64,000 bases of DNA from Terriglobia bacterium (GTDB lineage: Bacteria > Acidobacteriota > Terriglobia > 20CM-2-55-15): positions 3,463,744-3,527,743 of the forward strand of contig OZ253536.1 in assembly GCA_965262425.1 (NCBI GenBank). Direction: 5' to 3'. Each line of letters opens with the position of its first letter. Within the stretch, counting starts at the first letter, position 1. A program made the position numbers and the translations under genes. The notes under the pieces were generated by a model. It saw only the letters and a program-made list of their open reading frames with translations. It made no database searches and had not been told where the DNA came from. Of the stretch, positions 9,234 to 18,933 are shown piece by piece.

Positions 9234-11471
9234 CTACCGATTCCGACGTCCGGAATCCGGTTCCTCACCGAAACCGTAGACGTGACCCATCGTCCTGATG
9301 ATGATGAGACCGTCGGAAATCGCCGGCGTCGCCATGATCACTCCATCCACTTGGTTGTGTGCGATTTCGAAGTACTCGCGGCCGGCCCTGGCCACGAAGA
9401 CGTCCCCGTCTTCGCTGGCGATGTAGAGGCGGCCGTCGGCCGCGACAGGTGACGCCGAGAAAGCGCCGCCCGTTCCGACACGTGCACGGTAGACCCGCTC
9501 ACCCGTTTCCGCCTCATACGCGGTAATGATGCCGTTGTTGTTCAGCGTGTATAAGAGACCTCGGTAGAGGACCGGGGTAGGAATGTAGGTTCCGGCTCGA
9601 TCGGAACTCCAGGCGATGGCATCGTTCGAAGTGGTCCGGTCGGCAAGAGAGATATCGCCGGAAGATCCCGGCCGGATCGCGTAGATCGGGCGGATCGGCG
9701 GATACCCCCCGGTCACGTACACGAGGTTTGGACCCGCGATCGGCGTCGCGACCGTGATCTCCGAGTTGGGCGCCAGCGTCCACCGTGTTCTGCCGGTCTC
9801 GGGATCGTACCCGCGGACCATCGTGCCGTTGGTAATCAATTCATCACCGGACTGTCCCGTCACGATCGTCGGGGTGCCCCAGGTGGGGATTTCGTCCTCC
9901 CGGCCCGTTCGCCAGAGTTCTTTCCCCTCCGACAGATCGTATGCCGCCACGAAGGAATCCTTCTGGCGATCGACCTGAAGGATGACGGAATCCAGGTAGA
10001 TGATTGGCGAACTGCTGTGGCCCCACTGCTCGGTCGCGTCAAAGAACCAGCCGTTGTCGATCAGGCCGAGGTCGTTCTTCCAGAGTAACGCGCCGTCCAT
10101 GTCGTAGGCGGCCAACACACCGGTCGTACCGAACATCACGACCACGCGGCGTCCGTCCGTGACGGGTGTGGAACTGGCCTGACTTCCCTTGGTGTGACGC
10201 TTCGTCCGGGGCACGCCGCGGTGGACTTCCCTTTCCCAAAGGACTTCGCCGGTTCGCTTGTCCAGCGCATACAGTTGCCAGACATGCTCGGATAGATCGT
10301 CGACCGAGCGGACGTCGCCGTAGAGACCGGTGCGAAACGTGTTGTCACCCGAGCCGCTGACCGCGGTGGTGACGAAGACCCGGTCGCCCCAGACCACCGG
10401 GCTCGAATTGGCGACTCCCGGGATGGGCGTTTTCCACCGGACGTTGTGGTCCGTCGTCACGTCCCATTCGACGACCGCGCCCTGTCCATCAGCCACCCCC
10501 GAAGCGCGGTTGCCTCGAAAGGAGGCCCACGGCCGCCCCACTCCGCGCGGAGCGACCGCCAGGTCCCTCGCCGTGGAAATCGCCCGCGGCGGCACGGACG
10601 GAACGGGTGGCTCGATAGACGCCCCCGTCGTTCGAGTGAACACGAGCGTCGGGTCTTCGCCAACGCGAACCGGGCGGGTCCAGAGCAGCCGGTCGGCCTC
10701 ATCCTCCGTTTCGAAGGTGAACCGGACGCCGGGAGCCTGCGGAGCGACGAAGCTTGAACCCGAGGTTGGGAAGAGAATCAGGATTTGCTCCAGATTGGCC
10801 CGGAGGCGACCGTCCTCAAAGGTGACGTCGATTGTGCCGACGTTGTCTTCCCGCCGATAGGTGCCGCTGAGCGCTTCGACGTCGGCTGAGGGAAGTGTGA
10901 CGATCAAATCCACCGCCCCCGGCCGGTCCGACATCGCGGCTTCGAGAATCGAAGCCATCTCGATCTTACCGGAGTCCGCAACCAATGCGCGACTGGCGGC
11001 GATCAAGACGTCGGGGACGTCTTCTCGCTCGGCTGCTGCTTCGAGCAGCGGGAGGTTCTCCCGGGTGATGGCCATGGCGAGCGCACCGCTCGCTCCGGGC
11101 CCTCCTTCCTCGATCAGATACCGGACCACATCCAGGTTTCCGCCCGCCATATCCATGGGGTTAAAACCGTAAAAAGTATCCTCAACGGCCATGTCTGCGC
11201 CCCGGTCGACCAGGAGCCGGACCATGTCCATGTTGGCGTTGCTCGCTGCGAACAGCAATGCCGTGGCGTTGTAGCGTGTCGTGGCGTTCACATCGGCTCC
11301 CCGTTCCAGAGCCTGCCGGACACCCGCCAGGTCGTTTTGCTGGGCGGCATCGAGGAGGGCCTCGTTCGGGCTCGCTTGAAGGCCGGCCAGTAGCAGGGCG
11401 AGGAGAAGGGGTTGGAAGGCGAAAGCTGGCGTCATGGTGAACTCCTTCGAGTAGGTGGCCGATTTTACCAT
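9234..11471 (-). CDS. Secreted ankyrin-repeat plus PQQ-like beta-propeller repeat protein
   Basis: Signal peptide MTPAFAFQPLLLALLLAGLQA, with a probable start at 11435. Ankyrin repeats DVNATTRYNATALLFAASNANMDMVRLLVDRGAD. Multiple PQQ/BamB-like blades in the C-terminal 450 aa. Confidence 0.65.
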   Translation of the reverse strand: MVKSATYSKEFTMTPAFAFQPLLLALLLAGLQASPNEALLDAAQQNDLAGVRQALERGADVNATTRYNATALLFAASNANMDMVRLLVDRGADMAVEDTFYGFNPMDMAGGNLDVVRYLIEEGGPGASGALAMAITRENLPLLEAAAEREDVPDVLIAASRALVADSGKIEMASILEAAMSDRPGAVDLIVTLPSADVEALSGTYRREDNVGTIDVTFEDGRLRANLEQILILFPTSGSSFVAPQAPGVRFTFETEDEADRLLWTRPVRVGEDPTLVFTRTTGASIEPPVPSVPPRAISTARDLAVAPRGVGRPWASFRGNRASGVADGQGAVVEWDVTTDHNVRWKTPIPGVANSSPVVWGDRVFVTTAVSGSGDNTFRTGLYGDVRSVDDLSEHVWQLYALDKRTGEVLWEREVHRGVPRTKRHTKGSQASSTPVTDGRRVVVMFGTTGVLAAYDMDGALLWKNDLGLIDNGWFFDATEQWGHSSSPIIYLDSVILQVDRQKDSFVAAYDLSEGKELWRTGREDEIPTWGTPTIVTGQSGDELITNGTMVRGYDPETGRTRWTLAPNSEITVATPIAGPNLVYVTGGYPPIRPIYAIRPGSSGDISLADRTTSNDAIAWSSDRAGTYIPTPVLYRGLLYTLNNNGIITAYEAETGERVYRARVGTGGAFSASPVAADGRLYIASEDGDVFVARAGREYFEIAHNQVDGVIMATPAISDGLIIIRTMGHVYGFGEEPDSGRRNR

Positions 11472-11527
11472 GCCATCGCGGACAGGCAGTCGACGGGGAA
11501 CGGGCAGATGGGATTGTGGCTGTAAAA

Positions 11528-12475
11528 CTAGATAGCCAGGGGACGGCCGATGTTGCGCTCTTTCGCTCTCTCGTAGACAAGCCTGCCCAGGGCGACGTCT
11601 TCGAGGCCGATGCCGAGGGACTTGAAGAGGGTGATTTCTTCGGGGCTTTTACGGCAGGAACCGGCCACGACCACATCTTTCAATTCGACGACCTCTTCCC
11701 AGTGGCGGCGACCGAGTTCGAAGACGGAGACGAACTCACCGCATTCGGTGCGGGCCTGGTCGATGGAGTCGACAACGATCCGGTCAGCCCGGACGATGGT
11801 CTCGGAATCGGCTTCCCGGCGGAGGACCATGTTGCCTCCGGCCAGGTTGACGTGGGTGCCTGGTTCGAGCCACTTACCGAACAGGACCGGCTCGCGGCTA
11901 CCGGTTATCGTGGTTACGATAGAGCTTTCCCTGACAGCCTCCTCGGGCGAGTCTGCTATTTTCAACTCCGCTTCCACCTGGGAACTCATGCGTCGAACGA
12001 ACGCTTCGGCCCGTTCTCGCCTGCGGTTCACGATCCAGACCCGGCGGACGTTTCGAACGGCCGCTATTGCCAGCAGTTGGGATTCGGCCTGCCATCCGGC
12101 GCCGAACATCGTCGCAACCTCTGCGTCCTCGTTCGCCATCAGCCGGGTTGCAACGCCTGTGGCTGCTCCGGTTCGGATCTGGCCCAGGCGGTCGGCTTCC
12201 ATCAGAGCCAGAAGCTCGGTGGTCTTTGCATCGAAAAGGAAAAAATTGAACCGGACTTTTCCAGCGCCAGTCGTGTAAGCCTTGTATCCGAAATATCCGG
12301 GTATCGCCCCGGCAAGCATATGGAGTAGAACGCGGTCCGTTCGCAGGCGGTGACGGGGCAGCGACGTCGCATCACCTTCCGCCTGTCCTCTGAACGCTTC
12401 GGCCACGACAAGGAGCGCATCGTCGACCGTCACCAGTTCGGCAACTTCGTCTTCGCTGATAAAAACAGGTTTCAT
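11528..12475 (-). CDS. Ornithine cyclodeaminase / mu-crystallin family protein
   Basis: 315 aa with the OCD family Rossmann region GAGWQAESQLLAIAAVRNVRRVWIVNR. Confidence 0.78.
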   Translation of the reverse strand: MKPVFISEDEVAELVTVDDALLVVAEAFRGQAEGDATSLPRHRLRTDRVLLHMLAGAIPGYFGYKAYTTGAGKVRFNFFLFDAKTTELLALMEADRLGQIRTGAATGVATRLMANEDAEVATMFGAGWQAESQLLAIAAVRNVRRVWIVNRRRERAEAFVRRMSSQVEAELKIADSPEEAVRESSIVTTITGSREPVLFGKWLEPGTHVNLAGGNMVLRREADSETIVRADRIVVDSIDQARTECGEFVSVFELGRRHWEEVVELKDVVVAGSCRKSPEEITLFKSLGIGLEDVALGRLVYERAKERNIGRPLAI

Positions 12476-12541
12476 AGGAATTGCATGTGCTCTCTTAGGG
12501 CCCGCTCAAGCGGACCCTTAGAGCGTGTGAGAACCTCCGGA

Positions 12542-13222
12542 TCAGCCCTCCCGATCCATCGTCCGAACGCCGGAAACGCCCGCAACAATGACCCGATGAG
12601 CCATGTTTGCAAAAATGCCTGAATCGACCACGCCCGACATCGACTTCAACTGGGCTTCGAGGGCAGCCGGGTTGTCAACGGATCGGTAGTACCAATCGAC
12701 AACGTGGTTGCCGTTGTCCGACTTGAATGGCCCACCATTCTGAACACGAATCTTCGGCTCCCCACCGATCTGACCCAGGGCACTGATGACAAGTTGCTCA
12801 GCGAGGGGAATAACCTCGACGGGAATCGGGGCCTTCGAGCCCAACCGGTCAACCAGCTTGCTCTCGTCCACGACGATCACAAGACGTCGCGACGCTTTCG
12901 CCACAATCTTCTCCCGAACCAGCGCGCCGCCCAATCCCTTGACCAGGTCCAGGGCGGGAGACACCTCGTCGGCACCATCAACGGTCAGGTCCAGGGCCTT
13001 GTGTCGTTCAAACGTGACGATCGGAATCCCCACCTCTACGGCCAGACGTTCCGATTGAACCGAGGTCGCGATAGCGGTGATCTTCAGGCCAGCCTGAACC
13101 TTGAGACCCAATTCCTTTATGAAGGGGTTCACCGTGGAGCCCGTGCCCAGACCGACGGCCATCCCATCCTTCACTTCGTCCAGAGCCGCGACGGCGGCCT
13201 GGTACTTTAGTGATTCTGTCAC
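12542..13222 (-). CDS. rpiA: Ribose-5-phosphate isomerase A
   Basis: GMAVGLGTGSTV, DLTVDGADEV and KGLGGALVREKIVA align with E. coli RpiA motifs. Confidence 0.88.
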   Translation of the reverse strand: MTESLKYQAAVAALDEVKDGMAVGLGTGSTVNPFIKELGLKVQAGLKITAIATSVQSERLAVEVGIPIVTFERHKALDLTVDGADEVSPALDLVKGLGGALVREKIVAKASRRLVIVVDESKLVDRLGSKAPIPVEVIPLAEQLVISALGQIGGEPKIRVQNGGPFKSDNGNHVVDWYYRSVDNPAALEAQLKSMSGVVDSGIFANMAHRVIVAGVSGVRTMDREG

Positions 13223-13830
13223 GGTCGCCTCCTTCCGATGAACTCATGAACGGTCAACAAGTCGTCTTCTGTCTCGATCAGTAGCTGATAGCCGCACTGC
13301 GACAACATTTCCAGATCCCGTTCGGAATCCGATACTACAAGAGTTCGGTCCGGATCGACGCCGTTCGACTCGAAAATATTGTCTGCGAGCCGACGCTTCG
13401 AGATCGGGCTGTCCAGATCGGCGGAGACACGGATGTGGACCCGAGGCCCTTCGGCGAGATCGTTGGCATAGATCTCCAAAGGTTCCCACTGGTGCTCGTC
13501 CCGGATCTTACGAGCAACGTACGAAAATCCGGACGAGATGATGAACGACGGAATCCGCTCGGCTCGCAAACGGCGAACGACATCCGGAACGTGACGGTTG
13601 ATTTCGATCTCATCGAGCAGGGCTTCGATTTCGTTTACATCATGCCCGGCCCAGAGTTCGAAGTCCCTACGGCAGAATTCTTCGTAAGGAATCTGCCCGG
13701 AAAGCCACTGGTTCAGGAAAGAGGAGGCAGTGTCTTCCCACACACCGAGCCGTTCGTGCACATGTCGCCAGGGAGACGGAACTTTTGTGAGGGTTCCGTC
13801 GAGGTCGAAGATGATGGATTGGACGTTCAT
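13219..13830 (-). CDS. HAD-superfamily hydrolase (subfamily IB, phosphoserine-phosphatase-like)
   Basis: FDLDGTLT motif I. 203 aa. Overlaps rpiA by 4 nt. Confidence 0.7.
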   Translation of the reverse strand: MNVQSIIFDLDGTLTKVPSPWRHVHERLGVWEDTASSFLNQWLSGQIPYEEFCRRDFELWAGHDVNEIEALLDEIEINRHVPDVVRRLRAERIPSFIISSGFSYVARKIRDEHQWEPLEIYANDLAEGPRVHIRVSADLDSPISKRRLADNIFESNGVDPDRTLVVSDSERDLEMLSQCGYQLLIETEDDLLTVHEFIGRRRP

Positions 13831-13854
13831 GGGGGAAGCTGTGTGGGGCCGTGT

Positions 13855-14547
13855 CTAATTCCGACGAATCAGGCTCAAGAACTCACTTCTCGTGTTCTGG
13901 TCTTCTTTGAAGGCCCCGAGCATCGAACTGGTGACGGCGACCGAGTGCTGTTTTTCGATGCCACGCATGATCATGCAGAGATGCTGCGCTTCGATAACGA
14001 CCGCCACACCTCGAGGGCGGATTTTTTCGTTGATTGTCTCGGCAATCTGCAACGTCAATCGTTCCTGGACCTGTAGCCGGCGGGCGTACATATCGACGAG
14101 GCGAGGCAACTTGCTCAGCCCGACGATCTTCTTGTCAGGCAGGTACGCAACGTGACACTTGCCGAAAAAAGGAAGCAAGTGGTGTTCGCAAAGGCTGAAC
14201 AGCTCGATGTCCTTGACGATGACCATCTCGTCGTACGGGACATCGAAGAGGGCGCCGTTCAGGACGTCGTCGGCATTCTGTTTGTAGCCTTTGGTCAGGT
14301 ATTCGAACGATTTGCTCACGCGCTCGGGAGTCTTCCGAAGACCATCCCGTGACGGATCCTCTCCAATGTCGACCAGTATCTTTCTGATAGCATCGATCAC
14401 GAACAACCTCGGCTGCTGTTTTTGGAAATGAAAATGGCGACCCGCAACGGGCCGCCATGTCTGGGATGAAATGGAACTCGTGCTCTTAAGAGGCCGGTTC
14501 GATATGGAGCGACCCTTTGTGGCAAAGGAAGCAATCGGCCTTTTCAC
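13855..14547 (-). CDS. folE: GTP cyclohydrolase I
   Basis: [18 protein letters not shown] and RLQVQERLT are hallmark FolE motifs. Confidence 0.88.
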   Translation of the reverse strand: MKRPIASFATKGRSISNRPLKSTSSISSQTWRPVAGRHFHFQKQQPRLFVIDAIRKILVDIGEDPSRDGLRKTPERVSKSFEYLTKGYKQNADDVLNGALFDVPYDEMVIVKDIELFSLCEHHLLPFFGKCHVAYLPDKKIVGLSKLPRLVDMYARRLQVQERLTLQIAETINEKIRPRGVAVVIEAQHLCMIMRGIEKQHSVAVTSSMLGAFKEDQNTRSEFLSLIRRN

Positions 14548-14851
14548 CGTCTTTGAAGAAAGCCATCTCGTTCAGGGCGTTCACGATCTCGATCATCTTT
14601 CTGGCTTCAACTTTGTGCTCGTTCTCATCGGTGGCGAAATCACCCTGCACGTGGCAGTCGACGCACTTGACTCCTAACTGTTTCGCGAAACCCTGCATCT
14701 GCTGCTGGATCTCACGGTCCGACAAATCGTTCAGCAGCTGTATGTTCTTGAACCTGGATGGCTGTTGCGCACCGTCCGCCCTTGGCGCCCCGGAAATCGC
14801 CACAACAACCAGAACGGCGGTCGCTATGATCCATAGATATTGCTTTCTCAT
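14486..14851 (-). CDS. Diheme c-type cytochrome, secreted
   Basis: Signal peptide plus two CxxCH motifs (CVDCH, CFLCH). Overlaps the folE ORF by ~60 nt, so one of the two starts is probably shorter. Confidence 0.55.
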   Translation of the reverse strand: MRKQYLWIIATAVLVVVAISGAPRADGAQQPSRFKNIQLLNDLSDREIQQQMQGFAKQLGVKCVDCHVQGDFATDENEHKVEARKMIEIVNALNEMAFFKDGEKADCFLCHKGSLHIEPAS

Positions 14852-14992
14852 CCATTCCTCCTCATTCGGGTAGAACCGAAAATTCTACGGTATGCGCGTA
14901 TTTGGAATCAAGTGATCTTCATGCATTTCCATGAACCGAATTCTGGGTCACTTGATATTGGACGAGTTTTAGATCGCTAGGTTAAACGGCAA

Positions 14993-16057
14993 TCAATTCC
15001 CTTCTAGTTCTTCGTAAGCACGTCTGATATTTTCGCCTACCGAAAAACTGAAGTATGGAAAATACGGCTCATACTCATCCAGCTTCACTACCTGGGTAAT
15101 CTCGTCGGCGGACACTCCTGCTCCAACCGCTTGACTTACACGCTCGGTCAGGTCTCCGAGATAGCTCACAAGGATCTCGACCCGGTCCCGGGGTTCGTCG
15201 ATCCATCCATGTCCGGGAACGACATTCTCCCAGGGGAGATCGCCGATCTTCGCCAGGGTCGGCCCCCACGCCGACGGCACGGCGTCCCGCGGTCGCATGA
15301 ACGGTTGGCCCGACGTCAAAAGGTCCCCGAAGATCAGTGTCTTTTCTTCCGGCAGGAAGATCACGATGTCGCCATGAGTATGGCCTGGCCCGAAATACCG
15401 CAACTCGATCGGCTGGTCTGAAATGTCCAGGGAATAGGAGTCTTCGAACAACTCGGTCGGGGGAACGACCCGAATCCCCTGGAGTTCTTCCAGGTACTCC
15501 GAGTCGAGTTCGATCTGAAGGGCCAGTTGGCCCACATCATCCCCCCCGACACCTTGCCGGCGGCGCTCGGCCAGCATCCGAGCAGCCTGGTCGAGCTGGC
15601 CGGGCAGGACTTCCCTTTGAAGCTTTAAATTGTCGACCACGCGACCCAGGAGATCCTTGCCGGTGTTGACGTGACCGACGATCCTGGCGCGACCTTCGAA
15701 CACCTGGTTTCCAAGCGTGTGGTCCTGGTGCCAGTGGGTATTGATCAGGTACCGGATCGGCAGGTCGGTGATCTCTGCCACGACTCGGATGACTTCCTCG
15801 TCGAGAGAAGGCCGCTGGTGCGTGTCCACAACTGCAACTGCGTTGTCTCCGACGATCACCGCAGTGTTGGTGGGAATACCGGAATCGGGTTTTCCCCGAA
15901 CTGCGAAAACGCTCTCGCCCACGCGCCGAACGTCGAAATGTTCTGTCTCCGGCAATACGGAGGTCTTGAATCGTTCCCGCGAGCGTGCCAGGCGAGGCGA
16001 AACAAGGAGGGCGGATGCCGACAACCCCACGTTCTTCAGGAATTCACGGCGTTTCAT
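14993..16057 (-). CDS. MBL-fold metallo-hydrolase with Tat signal peptide
   Basis: Has a RREFLKNVGLSASALL twin-arginine signal and a HTHWHQDHTLGN metal-binding motif. Confidence 0.75.
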   Translation of the reverse strand: MKRREFLKNVGLSASALLVSPRLARSRERFKTSVLPETEHFDVRRVGESVFAVRGKPDSGIPTNTAVIVGDNAVAVVDTHQRPSLDEEVIRVVAEITDLPIRYLINTHWHQDHTLGNQVFEGRARIVGHVNTGKDLLGRVVDNLKLQREVLPGQLDQAARMLAERRRQGVGGDDVGQLALQIELDSEYLEELQGIRVVPPTELFEDSYSLDISDQPIELRYFGPGHTHGDIVIFLPEEKTLIFGDLLTSGQPFMRPRDAVPSAWGPTLAKIGDLPWENVVPGHGWIDEPRDRVEILVSYLGDLTERVSQAVGAGVSADEITQVVKLDEYEPYFPYFSFSVGENIRRAYEELEGN

Positions 16058-16228
16058 ATTCGTGTGTAGTTTATCAGACCGAACCTGTTAGCAGCATGTC
16101 TCGCGTCCCGACGGCCCCTTTTCAATCTCGAACCCATTGTGCTAAAACCGATACTGAAGATGTAGCGACGGTCTCCGACCGTCGACGTCGTTCGCCCGTC
16201 CTGAACGGACGGCTGTCAAACAATCATT

Positions 16229-16597
16229 ATGCCTATTTACGAATATAGCTGCGACAAGTGCGGCAACGTGATCGAACGAATTCAGAAATTCTCCGATCCT
16301 CTCCTGACCGACCACGAAGACTGTGGGGGGGCGTTGACGAAACTCATATCGCAGTCCTCATTTCAGTTGAAGGGCGACGGATGGTATGTCACCGACTACG
16401 CGCGCAAGGACAAGAAGGAAGGCGCGGACGGTGATAAGAAAGACGCCGCACAAACTGACTCTAAAGACTCGAAAGACGTGAAAGAGGCCGGATCCTCCGA
16501 CAAGACGGACAAGGCCAAGACGTCATCGGAAACGACTAAGAAGGAGTCGTCCACACCCAAGAGCGACAAGAGCAAACCCTCTGGCGGCTCGGAGTAG
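16229..16597 (+). CDS. FmdB-family zinc-ribbon protein with Lys/Asp/Ser-rich disordered tail
   Basis: MPIYEYSCDKCGNVIE...CGGALTKLISQSSFQLKGDGWYVTDY is the canonical FmdB CxxC...C motif. The tail is KDKKEGADGDKKDAAQTDSKDSKD. Confidence 0.65.
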   Translation: MPIYEYSCDKCGNVIERIQKFSDPLLTDHEDCGGALTKLISQSSFQLKGDGWYVTDYARKDKKEGADGDKKDAAQTDSKDSKDVKEAGSSDKTDKAKTSSETTKKESSTPKSDKSKPSGGSE

Positions 16598-17232
16598 TGC
16601 GCTACCTGCGGCGGGACCAGATCATTGGCACGCTGGAGGCGACTTACCCCGACGCCCACTGCGCGCTGAACTTCCGAAACCCCCTCCAACTCCTGGTCGC
16701 AACTATTCTTTCGGCTCAAAGCACCGACAAGATGGTCAACCGGGTCACTCCCTCCCTGTTTAAGAAATACAAGACCGCACGTGGGTTCGCACGATCCGAA
16801 GTCGCAACGCTCGAAGAGATGATCCACTCGACCGGCTTTTTCCGGAACAAGGCCAAACACATCCGTGAGGCCTGCGGTATTATCGCCGGAAAGTACCGCG
16901 GACGAGTGCCCGACCAGATGGACCAACTTCTGGAATTGCCCGGCGTCGCCCGCAAAACCGCGAACGTGGTTCTGGGCGTCGCGTTCGGCAAAGCGGAGGG
17001 AGTGGTCGTCGACACACACGTCGAACGCCTGTCACGCCGCCTCGGGTTCTCAGGTGAGACCCGACCCGAAAAGATCGAACAAGCGCTGATGAAGCAAGTC
17101 CCACGCGACAAATGGATCGAGTTCAGTCACCTTCTGATCTACCACGGCCGTGGCCCGTGCAAGGCGCGTCGTCCCGATTGTGTGAACTGTACGCTGGAAA
17201 CGTTGTGTCGGTCTGAGGACAAACGGGTTTAG
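16597..17232 (+). CDS. nth: Endonuclease III (DNA glycosylase/AP lyase)
   Basis: Has an HhH-GPD motif LPGVARKTANVVLGVAFG and an Fe-S cluster C-terminus CKARRPDCVNCTLETLC. GTG start overlaps the FmdB stop. Confidence 0.88.
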   Translation: MRYLRRDQIIGTLEATYPDAHCALNFRNPLQLLVATILSAQSTDKMVNRVTPSLFKKYKTARGFARSEVATLEEMIHSTGFFRNKAKHIREACGIIAGKYRGRVPDQMDQLLELPGVARKTANVVLGVAFGKAEGVVVDTHVERLSRRLGFSGETRPEKIEQALMKQVPRDKWIEFSHLLIYHGRGPCKARRPDCVNCTLETLCRSEDKRV

Positions 17233-17352
17233 GAGGGGATTTCAACGCGGAGACGCGGAGGACAGGGAGAAGGGATTTTTCACCGCAAAGGCGCAGAGGC
17301 GCAGAGAGGACCGGATTGTTGCGGGAAGAAGAGTGTTTTCTGATTTTGAACT

Positions 17353-17631
17353 TTGGACTTTTCTATGGAATCTCTCGACAGAGTCGCCGAAGAACTGGCG
17401 CTGTACAAACATCCGTTCTTTGAGTTTTCGGCGAGCGAAACCGAGGAAGGGGTGGACCTGTGCATTCGCTCCCGGGTATCAAACGTCCTGGAGCCGGAAT
17501 TTCACTTCACACTGACACCGCGGGAAATCGAGCATCCGCAGTTCCGATGGAGCTTCCAGGCACTCCTGTACGGATGCCTGACAGACTACATGGTCGAGCT
17601 GTTCACCGAATCGCCCCACACTACTCGATAA
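17353..17631 (+). CDS. Hypothetical small protein (92 aa)
   Basis: The ORF has a protein-like composition. Its 3' half overlaps the end of the convergent minus-strand gene (17479), so it is uncertain. Confidence 0.25.
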   Translation: MDFSMESLDRVAEELALYKHPFFEFSASETEEGVDLCIRSRVSNVLEPEFHFTLTPREIEHPQFRWSFQALLYGCLTDYMVELFTESPHTTR

Positions 17632-18933
17632 CCGGGCGAAGCACACGGACCGCTGGCCACTGACCACCTCCCCATCCAATTCCCGCTTACTTTCCAACCT
17701 TCTCATTCGTACTTCGAGACGGGCACGACGGCGCGCCAGGGGGGCGATGCCTTCAGTGCGGCCGAGGGCCTCCGCCACGACTCGGAGGGCCGAGACCGTA
17801 TCGTGGGCGTGTCTCGAATAGTGGATGGCTGCACCCTCGTATCCGATCAGGCTGAATGCGGCGTGGTTCATCAGCCGCTTGCAGGTTTCCAGGGACCTGC
17901 CATGCTCGCCAATCCTCCGGTAGAGGATGGAGAGTCGTTCCAGGGCCCGAACACGCAGCGGGGTCGGTAAGGCGGACCGGAGCGCCAACTCATAACATTC
18001 GATGCTCTTCGGACGGTTCCGGACCCGGTCGAAGATCTTTCCGAGGGAATACACATCGAGCGCGTCGTCCAGAGGAGCGGGTTCGGTCACGACTCGATCA
18101 CAGGCATGGATTGTCAGTCCTGCCAGTGACAGGATGTCGTAAACATTGTGGGAAAACACACTGCGTAGCGGCGTGGCATCGAAGTGATTCAGATAATCGA
18201 AATATGCTCTCGGGATCATCGAACCGTGGATGTCCGGACCGCGTATGAACTGAAGCAGTTTGTGTTCAAGGGCGGTGAGCCGGCAACTCCCATGACCATT
18301 ACGCCACAACCGTCTCGCGGTAAACAGCAGATCGAAATGCGACATGTGGCCAAACGGCTTTTCCATCCGTGACAGGATGAACCGGTTGTCCACGAGCGGG
18401 AGGTCGAAGGTCTTTCCATTGTAGGTAACGATCAGGTCGAACTCTTTGAGCATCTGCCCCAGCGCCAGGAGCATCGACGGTTCCTCGTCGAAATCTCGAA
18501 TAAAGTACTGCACGACATGGAAGGCATCGCCTCTGAAAAATCCGACGCCGATCAGGAATGGACACATGCCGGCGCCACCCTGGATACCCGTTGTCTCCGT
18601 ATCCAGGAAGATGATCCGGTCACGTTCCAGGCCATCATGCTTACAGCGGGCCAGATCGAGCAGGGTGGCCAGATCCTCGTCACACAGCCGACCCATGCGA
18701 ATATTTCCGTGATAATGGTCGCCATCAAAGTCCTCGCGAATGACGTAATGGCTTCCGTGGACGTTCGCCTCGACCCGCCCTTCAGGCAGATTCTGGGGAT
18801 GCGCTGGTCGAGACCGGACAAACTCCTCCCCGTGCGTTCGGTCCTTCAGGAAACTCAACTGGTCGGAGATCGAAAAGGTTCCCGGGCCGTCTTTCTGACG
18901 AAGCTGATCCAGGGCTTTACGGAACTGAGTCAT
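17479..18933 (-). CDS. MrfB/YprB-like exonuclease: RNase-H-like DnaQ/PolB-type N-domain plus C-terminal TPR-like domain
   Basis: IIFLDTETTG (exo I), VTYNGKTFDLPLV (exo II) and FDLLFTARRLW. The start at 18933 overlaps the upstream helicase stop (ATGA). The ORF track extends upstream of this to 19029. Confidence 0.7.
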   Translation of the reverse strand: MTQFRKALDQLRQKDGPGTFSISDQLSFLKDRTHGEEFVRSRPAHPQNLPEGRVEANVHGSHYVIREDFDGDHYHGNIRMGRLCDEDLATLLDLARCKHDGLERDRIIFLDTETTGIQGGAGMCPFLIGVGFFRGDAFHVVQYFIRDFDEEPSMLLALGQMLKEFDLIVTYNGKTFDLPLVDNRFILSRMEKPFGHMSHFDLLFTARRLWRNGHGSCRLTALEHKLLQFIRGPDIHGSMIPRAYFDYLNHFDATPLRSVFSHNVYDILSLAGLTIHACDRVVTEPAPLDDALDVYSLGKIFDRVRNRPKSIECYELALRSALPTPLRVRALERLSILYRRIGEHGRSLETCKRLMNHAAFSLIGYEGAAIHYSRHAHDTVSALRVVAEALGRTEGIAPLARRRARLEVRMRRLESKRELDGEVVSGQRSVCFARLSSSVGRFGEQLDHVVCQASVQECLEAPSELRMLDFPRCQCEVKFRLQDV

